64,000 bases of DNA, taken from the IMG/VR virus record IMGVR_UViG_3300007511_000006; one strand, written 5' to 3'. The stretch's first letter is position 1; every line of letters begins with the position of its first letter. Shown in pieces: positions 29,901 through 38,682 of this stretch. Both the position numbers and the translations under genes were made by a program. The DNA is from an uncultured virus (IMG/VR IMGVR_UViG_3300007511_000006). Lineage: Duplodnaviria > Heunggongvirae > Uroviricota > Caudoviricetes. The notes beneath the pieces were generated by a model that ran no database searches, was not told the DNA's origin, and saw nothing but the letters and a program-made list of their open reading frames with translations.

Positions 29901-30071
29901 TTTAATTTTCTTTTCTTCAAACCAGACGTGTTTTCTTAAAACTGGATCGTATTTCTTTTTACGTAGTTTTTCAGGATTGCGTCCGTTTTTAGTAGTAGTA
30001 TAATAGTAGCCAGTGCCTTCTGTTGACACTAGTTTAACTATTCTAATTGATTTACTAGTAGGATAAGACAT
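29898..30071 (-). CDS. rpmG: 50S ribosomal protein bL33 (Cys-free type); not in the ORF track
   Basis: Manual translation [57 protein letters not shown] (57 aa); ATG overlaps the upstream TAA. Confidence 0.93.
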   Translation of the reverse strand: MSYPTSKSIRIVKLVSTEGTGYYYTTTKNGRNPEKLRKKKYDPVLRKHVWFEEKKIK

Positions 30072-30403
30072 TAGTATTGATTTTTTGTTGTGTTGTCGGC
30101 AAACGCATGATTGTCAATAACATGTTCTTTTGCTTTTTCATTTGTCATTTCATCAGATGTTTCCGGAATAAAAGGAACATCAAGATTTGTGTAAGTGTTA
30201 TACCAACGTGATGATGGGCCCCATGTTGCGGGCCCGCAATCGAAATATGGTGTTTCAGTGTACCTATGTGTTTCTTTGAGTATTTGTTTTGAATTTGATT
30301 CTTGCAGATCTTTACAAAATGCGTAAAAAGTTTCTGCTTTTTCAACATCGCCTTCTGCAAGTTTGAGACACTCTAATTTTAAAGTTGAGTCATCCATAAT
30401 CAA
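30071..30403 (-). CDS. Hypothetical protein
   Basis: LKLECLKLA...AETFYAF N-terminal motif. Confidence 0.55.
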   Translation of the reverse strand: MIMDDSTLKLECLKLAEGDVEKAETFYAFCKDLQESNSKQILKETHRYTETPYFDCGPATWGPSSRWYNTYTNLDVPFIPETSDEMTNEKAKEHVIDNHAFADNTTKNQY

Positions 30404-30411
30404 ATCCTATA

Positions 30412-30579
30412 TTAGTCTTGCCAAATTCTCCATGCACCGTAAATAATAGCGGCCCATGCAATCCAAGTAACTAGTGGTGAAAATAATAGTGCAAGAACAC
30501 CAACACCTACTAGTACTGTGCCATCCCAAGTTGATCTTTCTGACCATTTTGCTTTGGCCCAATCAATTAAATTAAACAT
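30412..30579 (-). CDS. Small membrane protein (55 aa); not in the ORF track
   Basis: MFNLIDWAKAKWSERSTWDGTVLVGVGVLALLFSPLVTWIAWAAIIYGAWRIWQD with AAGGAG RBS. Confidence 0.75.
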   Translation of the reverse strand: MFNLIDWAKAKWSERSTWDGTVLVGVGVLALLFSPLVTWIAWAAIIYGAWRIWQD

Positions 30580-30602
30580 AATAAGCTCCTTTAAAATATA
30601 AG

Positions 30603-30902
30603 TTATTTATCCGCTTCTACTTTAACTTGTAGCGGATAATTATTATTTCGTGCCAAAAGTGTCACTTCAATACCGTGTTGTTCAGCAATTTCATATGGCA
30701 AAATAGCAACAATAGCAGAACCTTCTGCATCTACTTTATATGTTAGTTCTTGTGCTTCTTCTAATGTGTGGCTAAACACAGTCATAAGAACATTAACAAC
30801 AAAGTCCATTGGTGTTACATCATCATTGATGAATATAACTTTATACAATGATGGCTCTTTTAAATCTAATTGCTTTTTAATCTTGGTTGCAGTATCAGAC
30901 AT
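30603..30902 (-). CDS. clpS: ATP-dependent Clp protease adaptor ClpS
   Basis: PSLYKVIFINDDVTPMDFVV, EIAEQ, YPL. Confidence 0.9.
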   Translation of the reverse strand: MSDTATKIKKQLDLKEPSLYKVIFINDDVTPMDFVVNVLMTVFSHTLEEAQELTYKVDAEGSAIVAILPYEIAEQHGIEVTLLARNNNYPLQVKVEADK

Positions 30903-31465
30903 TAATTATCCTTTTCGTAATCTTTCTTAATATTTTTATCTACAAAGTCTTTTAGTCTATATATTTTATATCTTGCGCCTTCTCGAGTTTGTCCACTTTG
31001 CCCTCGCTCCAGCATACCCTCTAAAAATTCAATAACTAGTGGGTTTCCTTTTTTCTTTGCTTCTCTTCCACGTTTAAGTTCTTCTTGCATTTCTCGTGAG
31101 AAAGGTATTTTATATAAACGAGTATTTCTCTCTCCTAAATGTTGCACCCATATTTCTATTACATGCCCTTGTCGTTGTCCATCAAGTAGCACAACTTTTC
31201 CTGAAGGGTATGTAGGAAGTGCATATCCTAGAAAATTATTTAACTTCACTATTGTACTATAGAATAAGAAAAAAATCAATGGAATTGTTAAAAACTTTAT
31301 ATAAAACTTAGCTGGTGTTTTTAGTAATGCGTATAATACTAATATTGCTAATACTAGCATGGCACCCAATTGTAAACCAAACTCGTATATAATATTATAC
31401 CAGTCTGATAAAACGATTTCATCCGTAGTATAATCAGTAAAATCTATTATTTCTTTCTCTGACAT
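30902..31465 (-). CDS. Membrane protein, third gene of the MotA/ExbB-like module
   Basis: Two TM helices then a soluble domain (IEIWV...TRLYKIPF). Confidence 0.6.
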   Translation of the reverse strand: MSEKEIIDFTDYTTDEIVLSDWYNIIYEFGLQLGAMLVLAILVLYALLKTPAKFYIKFLTIPLIFFLFYSTIVKLNNFLGYALPTYPSGKVVLLDGQRQGHVIEIWVQHLGERNTRLYKIPFSREMQEELKRGREAKKKGNPLVIEFLEGMLERGQSGQTREGARYKIYRLKDFVDKNIKKDYEKDN

Positions 31466-31467
31466 AA

Positions 31468-32298
31468 CTAATTAGTTCCCTCTTGTTGCCATTTTCTCAA
31501 TTGAGTTGTCATTCCATCCCATAGACTAGGATCATATGTATCACCAATTGCCATAGGATGATTGCCATTATCGTCTTCAAAGTGTGTTAACCCATCTGTA
31601 TATACAAATGGTGTCGGATGATTATTAACGTATTCTATAGAATATGTATAACTTTGGGTACCGTCTGGGGTTGCGATTCCATTCTCTCTTTGTACAACTG
31701 TAAAGTTAAATGCAGTAACTTCTTCGCCAGTTTCTGTCATTTCAAATTTGGCAGTAGTAATTTCTTTAAACGGATTTACTCTTACTAATTCAACTGTTAC
31801 AGGTATTGGATATTTGGGAGGATTTGGAGATATGTCCTCAGGATTATCTGCTCCCGTGTATCCGGAAAGTCTTGACCGATGTGCATAATAGTGTACATTA
31901 ACTGTCCATTCACCTGGAATCCAGCCACGTATAGTAGCAACTTCAACATTTTCATCTACTGCTACTATAGTGCCGTCTGCTAACATAAGTGTATCGTTTG
32001 CCGCGCCCAAATCATCTCTATCTAAATGCATTAAGCCTGATGTGCGCGATTTAAAACTAACAACATTACCTTCAGGATCTTTTACCCACAAGTCAATATC
32101 ACTGTAATTGCCAACTTCCCAAGTCAATGTAATAATTAGTTCAGACTTAGGGTCTATTTTTTTATTCGTAGGTATAGGAGGTTGTATTAGCAAAAAAGAG
32201 ATAACAAACAGAAATACGAAACCTACTAATGTATTAAAAAGTAGATCAGTAAATCCTAGTCCTGAAAATTTTGATCGCTCACGCTTTCCTGTGGTCAT
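31468..32298 (-). CDS. ExbD/MotB-like single-TM protein with a periplasmic domain
   Basis: GFTDLLFN TM helix with Asp; DIDLWVKDPEG and LDRDDLG motifs. Confidence 0.6.
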   Translation of the reverse strand: MTTGKRERSKFSGLGFTDLLFNTLVGFVFLFVISFLLIQPPIPTNKKIDPKSELIITLTWEVGNYSDIDLWVKDPEGNVVSFKSRTSGLMHLDRDDLGAANDTLMLADGTIVAVDENVEVATIRGWIPGEWTVNVHYYAHRSRLSGYTGADNPEDISPNPPKYPIPVTVELVRVNPFKEITTAKFEMTETGEEVTAFNFTVVQRENGIATPDGTQSYTYSIEYVNNHPTPFVYTDGLTHFEDDNGNHPMAIGDTYDPSLWDGMTTQLRKWQQEGTN

Positions 32299-32749
32299 AT
32301 TCTAAGTTTATCAATTGAAGTTTTGAAAGTAACGAACACGTTAAACCCACCAATGTAGTAGTTAATGCTGTACTCATACCAGCAGCCATGTCGCGAATGA
32401 CTTCTTTTGCCTGTCCGATGTTTGATAAATCTAGATCGTTAAACGAGCCACCAAGCATTATAATAAATCCAGTTACTGTTCCAATTAGTCCTAGTGATAC
32501 CATCGACTCGGCGAAGAACCAAGATACTTCTATAGATCTAAAGTTTAATGGTTTGCGTTTAGAAACTTTGTATGTTTGTAACCCTATATTGGCTGTTACG
32601 CCTGTAAACAATGCTATAATAAAGAAACTAATTTTTGTTTGGTCTAAATACCAAAGAGTACGCCACATATCAAAATAATATAATACTGCGGCACTACATG
32701 CTATTACGCAGGTCAATAACCACCACTTTAAGAAACTATTAGACTTCAT
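32279..32749 (-). CDS. MotA/TolQ/ExbB proton channel family protein
   Basis: LGLIGTVTG and GMSTALTTTLVGL; start at the ATG 5 nt after TAAATA. Confidence 0.8.
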   Translation of the reverse strand: MKSNSFLKWWLLTCVIACSAAVLYYFDMWRTLWYLDQTKISFFIIALFTGVTANIGLQTYKVSKRKPLNFRSIEVSWFFAESMVSLGLIGTVTGFIIMLGGSFNDLDLSNIGQAKEVIRDMAAGMSTALTTTLVGLTCSLLSKLQLINLEYDHRKA

Positions 32750-32792
32750 TAATATATTTATGTAAAAGAATATTATTATAAATATTTGTACC

Positions 32793-33860
32793 ATGCACGA
32801 CAAAAAGTTCTTTTGTATAGAGCCTTTCGTAAGTCTTTCTATAGTTAAAGAAGATCATATTTTTCCTTGTTGTCTTAATGAAGGGCAAAAAAGCACTCAA
32901 AAAGATGACCTATGGAACGATCCTTATCTTGAAAATATACGAAAACAAATTCTAAACAACGAAGTTCCTGAAGAATGTCGCGCCTGTGTTGAACAAGAAA
33001 AGTTTGGTCGATATAGCAGACGATTACATTCTAATGATGTTTGGTTAGAACAACACGGCAATTTTGAAGATGCTCTTGAAAATGATGCTCCGTATAAGTT
33101 AGATTTTTGGACTGGAAACTTGTGTAATTTGGCTTGTAGTACTTGTACATATACAAATAGTTCATCATGGTTTACACTTCTTAAAAAAGCAGATAAAGCA
33201 GGAAAAACTGATTTACGTTATAAAGGAAACTATGTAAGTAATTTAGATTACTCTTATGAATTTAAAAAAGAAGATATTCCGAATATTGACTTTAAAAATA
33301 TGGAAAATATACACTTCAACGGCGGTGAACCCTTGCTAACAGATTCACACTTTAAAATTTTAAATTTAATTCCGCCAGAACAAAGAAAGGATGTTTATGT
33401 CATTTATAACACAAACGGTACCGTCAGAATAGATTTAGAAGATGAAAAATGGAGTATTTTCAAAGAATACAAAAGTGTCGATATGTGTTTTAGTATAGAT
33501 GGCATTGAAGAAACATTTAATTATGTTAGATGGCCTGCTAAATGGGAAGAAGTACAAAGCAACATTGATCTATGGGCTGAATATTGTTATGGAAAATATG
33601 ATGACTGCCACTTTGAAATGAGTGTAAACATGGTAAAAACTCCGCACAATTATACAACGTTTGATAATGCCGTTAAATATGTCACTGATCGTTGGTTTAC
33701 CAAACTTATTGCGATTCGAAACGCAAGCATTGATGAATATGTGTTTACTACTAATGATCATTCTTTTATGGATTGGTCAGACGCACAATTTGAAGAATAC
33801 ACAAAGACAGAAGAATTTTTCTTGCAAACAAAAAATTTAGAAACACTACGAAATCTTTGA
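32793..33860 (+). CDS. Radical SAM protein with N-terminal SPASM/twitch-like Cys cluster
   Basis: CNLACSTC, NGGEP, NTNGT, SIDG. Confidence 0.85.
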   Translation: MHDKKFFCIEPFVSLSIVKEDHIFPCCLNEGQKSTQKDDLWNDPYLENIRKQILNNEVPEECRACVEQEKFGRYSRRLHSNDVWLEQHGNFEDALENDAPYKLDFWTGNLCNLACSTCTYTNSSSWFTLLKKADKAGKTDLRYKGNYVSNLDYSYEFKKEDIPNIDFKNMENIHFNGGEPLLTDSHFKILNLIPPEQRKDVYVIYNTNGTVRIDLEDEKWSIFKEYKSVDMCFSIDGIEETFNYVRWPAKWEEVQSNIDLWAEYCYGKYDDCHFEMSVNMVKTPHNYTTFDNAVKYVTDRWFTKLIAIRNASIDEYVFTTNDHSFMDWSDAQFEEYTKTEEFFLQTKNLETLRNL

Positions 33861-33869
33861 TAAATATTA

Positions 33870-33898
33870 TTGACATATTAAAGCAAAGATGCTATAAT
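33870..33898 (+). promoter_or_regulatory. Consensus sigma70 promoter for hsp20
   Basis: TTGACA-N17-TATAAT exact. Confidence 0.8.
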
Positions 33899-33964
33899 AT
33901 GTAATATAAGTGCTCAATTGGGAGGCTTATAACTTTACTCGCTTAATATAAGGAGGAACTTAAA

Positions 33965-34399
33965 ATGACAGAGTATAGAATCACATCTGGGAATCTAATC
34001 CCAACACTTAACCGACACATGGTAGGCTTCGATCGTCTCTTTGGCGATATGGACAGATTGTTTACAAGGGGCCAAGCACCATCTTACCCACCTTACAACA
34101 TCGAAAAACTTAGCGATACAGAATATGTTATCACTATCGCTGTCGCTGGTTTTGATCAAGGTGATCTTTCAGTAACCGTTGACAACGGCGTTCTTAATGT
34201 CTCAGGACACAAAGAAGATTCAGATAAGCAAACATGGTTACACAAGGGCATCGCTACACGCGACTTCCAACGCTCTTGGAACCTTGCTGAATTTGTTAAG
34301 GTTGTCTCAGCAGAGTGTAAAAACGGTATGCTTGAAGTTCGTTTGGTTCAAGAAGTTCCTGAAACCGCTAAACCCAAGGAAATTGAGATTAAATTTTAA
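33965..34399 (+). CDS. hsp20: Small heat shock protein Hsp20 (IbpA-like)
   Basis: VGFDRLF, YPPYNI, AVAGF, HKGIATRDF, NGML, EIEI. Confidence 0.95.
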   Translation: MTEYRITSGNLIPTLNRHMVGFDRLFGDMDRLFTRGQAPSYPPYNIEKLSDTEYVITIAVAGFDQGDLSVTVDNGVLNVSGHKEDSDKQTWLHKGIATRDFQRSWNLAEFVKVVSAECKNGMLEVRLVQEVPETAKPKEIEIKF

Positions 34400-34422
34400 T
34401 CTTTTTAGGGAGGAGATGGAAG

Positions 34423-34446
34423 TGGGGGCAGTTTGCCCCCATTTTC
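34423..34446. terminator. Terminator between convergent hsp20 and bS21 genes
   Basis: TGGGGGCA-gtt-TGCCCCA hairpin followed by a T-tract. Confidence 0.65.
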
Positions 34447-34470
34447 ATAGCAAATTTTGTATCTTAGTCG

Positions 34471-34782
34471 TTAGTATAATCTATTTTTACTAGGTATTCT
34501 TTCTGCTTGCTCTTTAAGATGCCGCTTGCGGGCAACGTCTCTTGCTCTTTTTCTTTTAATACTTGGCTTTTCATAATGTTCGCGGGCTTTTAGTTCTTGC
34601 AATTTGCCGTCGTTGTCTATTTTCTTCTTAAGTTTACGTATTGCCTTTTCAACATTTCCGTCATTAACCCAAACTCTGAGTCCTGTAATTTTTACTGGAG
34701 CCCGTTTATCTTTTTGTTTGAATGGCGCTCTTCTATTATTATTCCATTTTGTATTTCTATTATTCCAAGTTTGTGCCATCAT
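34471..34782 (-). CDS. rpsU: 30S ribosomal protein bS21 with an N-terminal extension
   Basis: VEKAIRKLKKK...REHYEKPSIKRKR. Confidence 0.9.
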   Translation of the reverse strand: MMAQTWNNRNTKWNNNRRAPFKQKDKRAPVKITGLRVWVNDGNVEKAIRKLKKKIDNDGKLQELKAREHYEKPSIKRKRARDVARKRHLKEQAERIPSKNRLY

Positions 34783-35168
34783 TCCTCCAAGTATTGTAGT
34801 GGCTCTATAATATTTTTTATTCTGTTTTTATTTAATAAACTATATGATTCTGCGATACTATCATCGCAAAAGTAATAGCAGTTATTTTTATTTAACATCC
34901 ATCCAAACACGTGAGCAATAATATGATTGTATCGTAAATCAATTATTATGATATCTGATTGTTGCGTAGTATTAAGCAACCAATCTATATTGTCATTCAT
35001 AACCGGATCATAGATACATAAACTAACATCTAAATCTACATGTTTTAGTGTATTTAAAATTTCTCTTTGATCTTCTAAACCACATGCCGCAATTAATATG
35101 TTTAATGCTGATCCGTAATATTTGTCAGGTGGAGTTATAAGTGTAATTGTGTTATTCGCCGAGGACAT
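34779..35168 (-). CDS. Hypothetical protein
   Basis: LITPPD start; coupled to neighbours. Confidence 0.55.
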   Translation of the reverse strand: MSSANNTITLITPPDKYYGSALNILIAACGLEDQREILNTLKHVDLDVSLCIYDPVMNDNIDWLLNTTQQSDIIIIDLRYNHIIAHVFGWMLNKNNCYYFCDDSIAESYSLLNKNRIKNIIEPLQYLEE

Positions 35169-37092
35169 CTTTACGTTTTAAGGTTGTTTGTAAGTATTCT
35201 TGTTCTTCTTCTGTAAACTCTGTAACACTTACACCATTATTTACACGTGACATTAAGTCGTCGATCTGTTTTTGACTTAATTTCTTTTGTTTGTCAGACT
35301 TGTTTAATTCTTTCTTAAGTTTTTCTATTTCTTTTTCTAACTTTTTAACTTTTTTAGTATCTTCTTTATGTACCACAAATGGTTTGCCTTCTAACTGTTC
35401 CTTTTCTACTACTTTCTTTTCTACAATTTTCTCTACAATAACTTCAACAGGAACTTCTTTAATCACTTCCTTTTCAACTATTACCTCTACTGGCACTTCC
35501 TTCTCAACCAGTTTCTCAACCTCTACTATCTTTTCAACTTCAACAGGAACTTCCTTTTCTACTATCTTCTCAACCTCTACTATCTTTTCTACAACCTTCT
35601 CTACTTCAACAGGAACTTCCTTCTCAACTAGTTTCTCAACTTCTACAATTTTCTCTACAACTTTCTCTACTTCGACAGGAACTTCCTTTTCTACTATCTT
35701 CTCAACCTCTACTATTTTCTCTACGACTTTTGGCTGATCAGTCTTTTTTTTACTAGCAGGTGGTTCTGTAGGTGGTGTTGGTTTTCGTGGTTTATCTGTG
35801 CGGAATCTTATTAGTGTCATATTACCAGCAATAACTAACAATACTGCTAATGGATCAAATACAAATATAATAACAATAATAACCCATCTTACAGCATCTT
35901 CCAGTAAGTCAGTCGTAATATCATTGCCATATATTAAACCAGCAATGTACTTAATTGGGCCCACTTCTGCTTCTAATTCTCTTACTTGGCTTGCTAACAC
36001 AAAACGTTCTTCATTTAATGTGTCTATTTGTGTATAATAGTTTTCAATTTCTATCTCTAACTCTTTTACTTTGCCTTCTACTTCGTCTGCTTTAACGCCC
36101 ATTTGCTCTTGTAATGATTTAATTTCATTATTAGCGGCGGTAATTTCTGCTTGTGTTTGCTGTCTTAACTCATCAATCTTTTGCTGATGTGGTTTAACTT
36201 TATTAGTGTAGTCTGCTCTTAATGCTGTTATTTGTTTTTGAACATCATCTGATACATCAATCTCTTTTTGTCGCAGTTCATTAATTTCGTTTTCAATTTC
36301 TCTAATTTGTGCGGCAAGTTCATCTCTGCGTGGTTGCTGTTCTTTTCTTAATTCTCTACCTTTTTCAACCCAATCTGTAATATTACCCCACGCACTTTTT
36401 TCTACACCTTTGTCTGTATATGCTTTAACATCAGTGTCTAATTGTGCTATTGTTTGATTAACACGCTCGATGGCTTGTTGTTTTACTACAACATCTTCTT
36501 GAACACGAGATTGTGCTACTTTAATGCGTTCTTCTTCTACGTCAATATTGTTTTCTAACTGCTCACGTAATGACTGTATCTGTGCTTCTTCTTGTGCTAT
36601 TAAACTGCTGACTCTATTCCAAGCACCATCACGTATTTGCTCTTGCTGTTCTATTGCTCTTGCTATATTTGTATTGTGTTGTCCTGTATCATTACTTTCT
36701 AATCTAGTAATTTTTTCTTTAGTAACATTTACTCTGCCATTATAGCGAGCAATTTTTTCATCAATACGTTCTACTTGTGCTTGTGCTTGTCCTGCGCCAG
36801 TAGTTTGTTCTACGTGGGCCTTGGATAAAAAGCCAAAGATACCCATAGAGGTAATAAACATTAGCACAACAACCGCAAGAGTAAGATAATACTTTAAAAA
36901 TTTAGGTATGTTGAACCAAAACTGGTAGAGCCACGAGGCAGTTACTAACTTACCTACTTCAAGAACCGCCCCCATAATAGCAATGGGTACAGCCGCGGCG
37001 GCAAATATAGCCATTAATCCTATAATGCTATAATATGCGGCAACGGCACTGATAGACAGCGCCGTCAATAGTACAAATAATGCAAAACCCAT
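35152..37092 (-). CDS. Membrane protein with a long coiled coil and VEKIVE repeats
   Basis: Three N-terminal TMs, heptad region, EVGPIKYIA...VFDPLA TM, EKIVEVEK repeats. Confidence 0.7.
   Translation of the reverse strand: MGFALFVLLTALSISAVAAYYSIIGLMAIFAAAAVPIAIMGAVLEVGKLVTASWLYQFWFNIPKFLKYYLTLAVVVLMFITSMGIFGFLSKAHVEQTTGAGQAQAQVERIDEKIARYNGRVNVTKEKITRLESNDTGQHNTNIARAIEQQEQIRDGAWNRVSSLIAQEEAQIQSLREQLENNIDVEEERIKVAQSRVQEDVVVKQQAIERVNQTIAQLDTDVKAYTDKGVEKSAWGNITDWVEKGRELRKEQQPRRDELAAQIREIENEINELRQKEIDVSDDVQKQITALRADYTNKVKPHQQKIDELRQQTQAEITAANNEIKSLQEQMGVKADEVEGKVKELEIEIENYYTQIDTLNEERFVLASQVRELEAEVGPIKYIAGLIYGNDITTDLLEDAVRWVIIVIIFVFDPLAVLLVIAGNMTLIRFRTDKPRKPTPPTEPPASKKKTDQPKVVEKIVEVEKIVEKEVPVEVEKVVEKIVEVEKLVEKEVPVEVEKVVEKIVEVEKIVEKEVPVEVEKIVEVEKLVEKEVPVEVIVEKEVIKEVPVEVIVEKIVEKKVVEKEQLEGKPFVVHKEDTKKVKKLEKEIEKLKKELNKSDKQKKLSQKQIDDLMSRVNNGVSVTEFTEEEQEYLQTTLKRKDVLGE
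35405..35730. repeat. Degenerate coding tandem repeats (VEKIVEVEK / EKEVPVEV)
   Basis: Recurrent ttctctac, ttcaac and aggaacttcc units. Confidence 0.85.
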
Positions 37093-37192
37093 TGTACTAG
37101 TATTTATTGTTATATATAAACTTTATAACCACTAATTTTGCTGTAAATATGGGTAACCACACCGAGTGTGGTTATATTATGGAGGTATTATA

Positions 37193-37408
37193 ATGATAAA
37201 GGCTCTTTTAAGCGCAGCTTTATTACTAGGTCTTTCTGGAATCGCATCTGCAGAAGGTCGTGATGTAGCTTGGGAGAATTTCCAAGGAACAGTCGGCACT
37301 CCTGGCCCTTGCGAAGTTCTAGTAAATGATAAAGGTAAACCATATGTTTGTTGGACTATCTTTCCAGGACCTGGTGCAGAAGGCTCCGGAGAAGATTACC
37401 GCAAGTAA
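37193..37408 (+). CDS. Small secreted protein with two Cys
   Basis: GGAGG RBS before ATG 37193; signal peptide ending ASA; upstream TAAATA and hairpin 37154-37174. Confidence 0.6.
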   Translation: MIKALLSAALLLGLSGIASAEGRDVAWENFQGTVGTPGPCEVLVNDKGKPYVCWTIFPGPGAEGSGEDYRK

Positions 37409-37432
37409 ACATTAATTTATTTCTATTATAGG

Positions 37433-37485
37433 AGAAGGGCGTACGGAATGGTTTTGCTATTAGCAGGATTACCGGCGCCCTTTTT
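37433..37485. terminator. Hairpin between convergent genes
   Basis: AAGGGCG...CGCCCTT followed by a T-tract. Confidence 0.45.
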
Positions 37486-37492
37486 CACTCCA

Positions 37493-38338
37493 TTAATTAT
37501 TATACATTTCCATAGCACGAATAAAACGTGTCATACCAATGCCACCGCCTACTCTTGGAAAGAAGTCCATTGCTAAAAAGTCTTCCAACTCTTTTTCAAC
37601 TCTTTCTCTACCAAACGTATCAAATAGTATATTAGCATAACCGCCGTCACTAATAGTATGGAACATATGTTTCATTTGTTCTTTATCTGTAGCACGTTCT
37701 GCTGATCCAATTGTTTCTTGTCCAGCAATAATAACATCAATCTTTGCCGCAGTTTCGCCATCGTCGTTTTGTTTCATGTTCCAAAATGGACTTGTGTAGT
37801 TTGGAAAGTTTTTAATCATTGCTACACGGCCATTAAAGTTTTGGCACATTTTTTCTTCATGCTCGTGTTCTAATTCTTTAACGCCGTAAATATCACACCA
37901 TTCTAAATAATCTTTAGCAACAATGTTTTCGCCATCGGACCATGTTAAGTAGTCCATAAGTTCGCGTTCCATCTTCTCTAAATCTAAAATAGTTCCTGGA
38001 AACTCAAACTCAAACATTGGAAATATTAGTTCATGTCTACCAGCTACCGGATTTGGCTCTTGCCTATAGGAGGTGGAAATACAAAAAAACCCCGGAACGT
38101 CGGGGCGTGTTAGTAATTCATGTTCGAGCCACATTTGGCCCGTTTGTGGCAGGGGCCATAGTTGCCCTGCGTAATTATAGGTCGCTATTGTTGTTGGATC
38201 TTCGCATGCCGCTAGTATGCTTAATCTATTTTGTGTGTGTACTTCTAAGAATCCTTTAGCCATAAAAAAAGACCTTAATAGGTCTGCGGCTTGTGTAAAG
38301 TGTTGTGGATTGATAAGTTGTGTCATTGTTTTCTCCAT
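37493..38338 (-). CDS. Class IIb aminoacyl-tRNA synthetase catalytic-domain-only paralog (Asx/Lys type)
   Basis: Motif 1 GFLEVHT, motif 2 SYRQE..RH..FPMFEFE, ETIGSAER, motif 3 GGGIGMTR; no N-terminal OB-fold. Confidence 0.8.
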   Translation of the reverse strand: MEKTMTQLINPQHFTQAADLLRSFFMAKGFLEVHTQNRLSILAACEDPTTIATYNYAGQLWPLPQTGQMWLEHELLTRPDVPGFFCISTSYRQEPNPVAGRHELIFPMFEFEFPGTILDLEKMERELMDYLTWSDGENIVAKDYLEWCDIYGVKELEHEHEEKMCQNFNGRVAMIKNFPNYTSPFWNMKQNDDGETAAKIDVIIAGQETIGSAERATDKEQMKHMFHTISDGGYANILFDTFGRERVEKELEDFLAMDFFPRVGGGIGMTRFIRAMEMYNN

Positions 38339-38421
38339 TCAAAATTTTTTTAGGCCTGTTGCCTAAACTGTTTCTATTTATATAAATAGTATAAAATAGA
38401 TACTATATATGGAGTAATAAT

Positions 38422-38682
38422 ATGGCAGCAAACGGAATTTCAACACTAGGAACAAGACAAGCAAGGCAAGATGCAAAACTTAATATTGCTGAAGCCAAGC
38501 GACAAGGTAAGGTTGTGGCAACTGATGGCACAATCACTGGCGCGGCTGATCCATCTAAACCATATTATAGAACTTTAAATACATTAGACAAGAATTTACT
38601 TCCTAATCCATATAACGGAAACAATGTCGCTCCGGATGATGGAGCAAGTGCGCCTTTAACTTCTGGTAGGCCCTGGACTTAA
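38422..38682 (+). CDS. Phage late protein
   Basis: GGAG RBS and late promoter; MAANGISTL...GRPW. Confidence 0.65.
   Translation: MAANGISTLGTRQARQDAKLNIAEAKRQGKVVATDGTITGAADPSKPYYRTLNTLDKNLLPNPYNGNNVAPDDGASAPLTSGRPWT

Noticed and set aside
30902..32749. Calling the module a Zorya defence system
   Set aside because: The A subunit is short with no long cytoplasmic tail, the B subunit shows no OmpA-like motif, and no ZorC/D/E-like genes are adjacent
35291..35737. Ser/Thr/Phe-repeat plus-strand ORF
   Set aside because: Antisense shadow of the VEKIVE repeat tract
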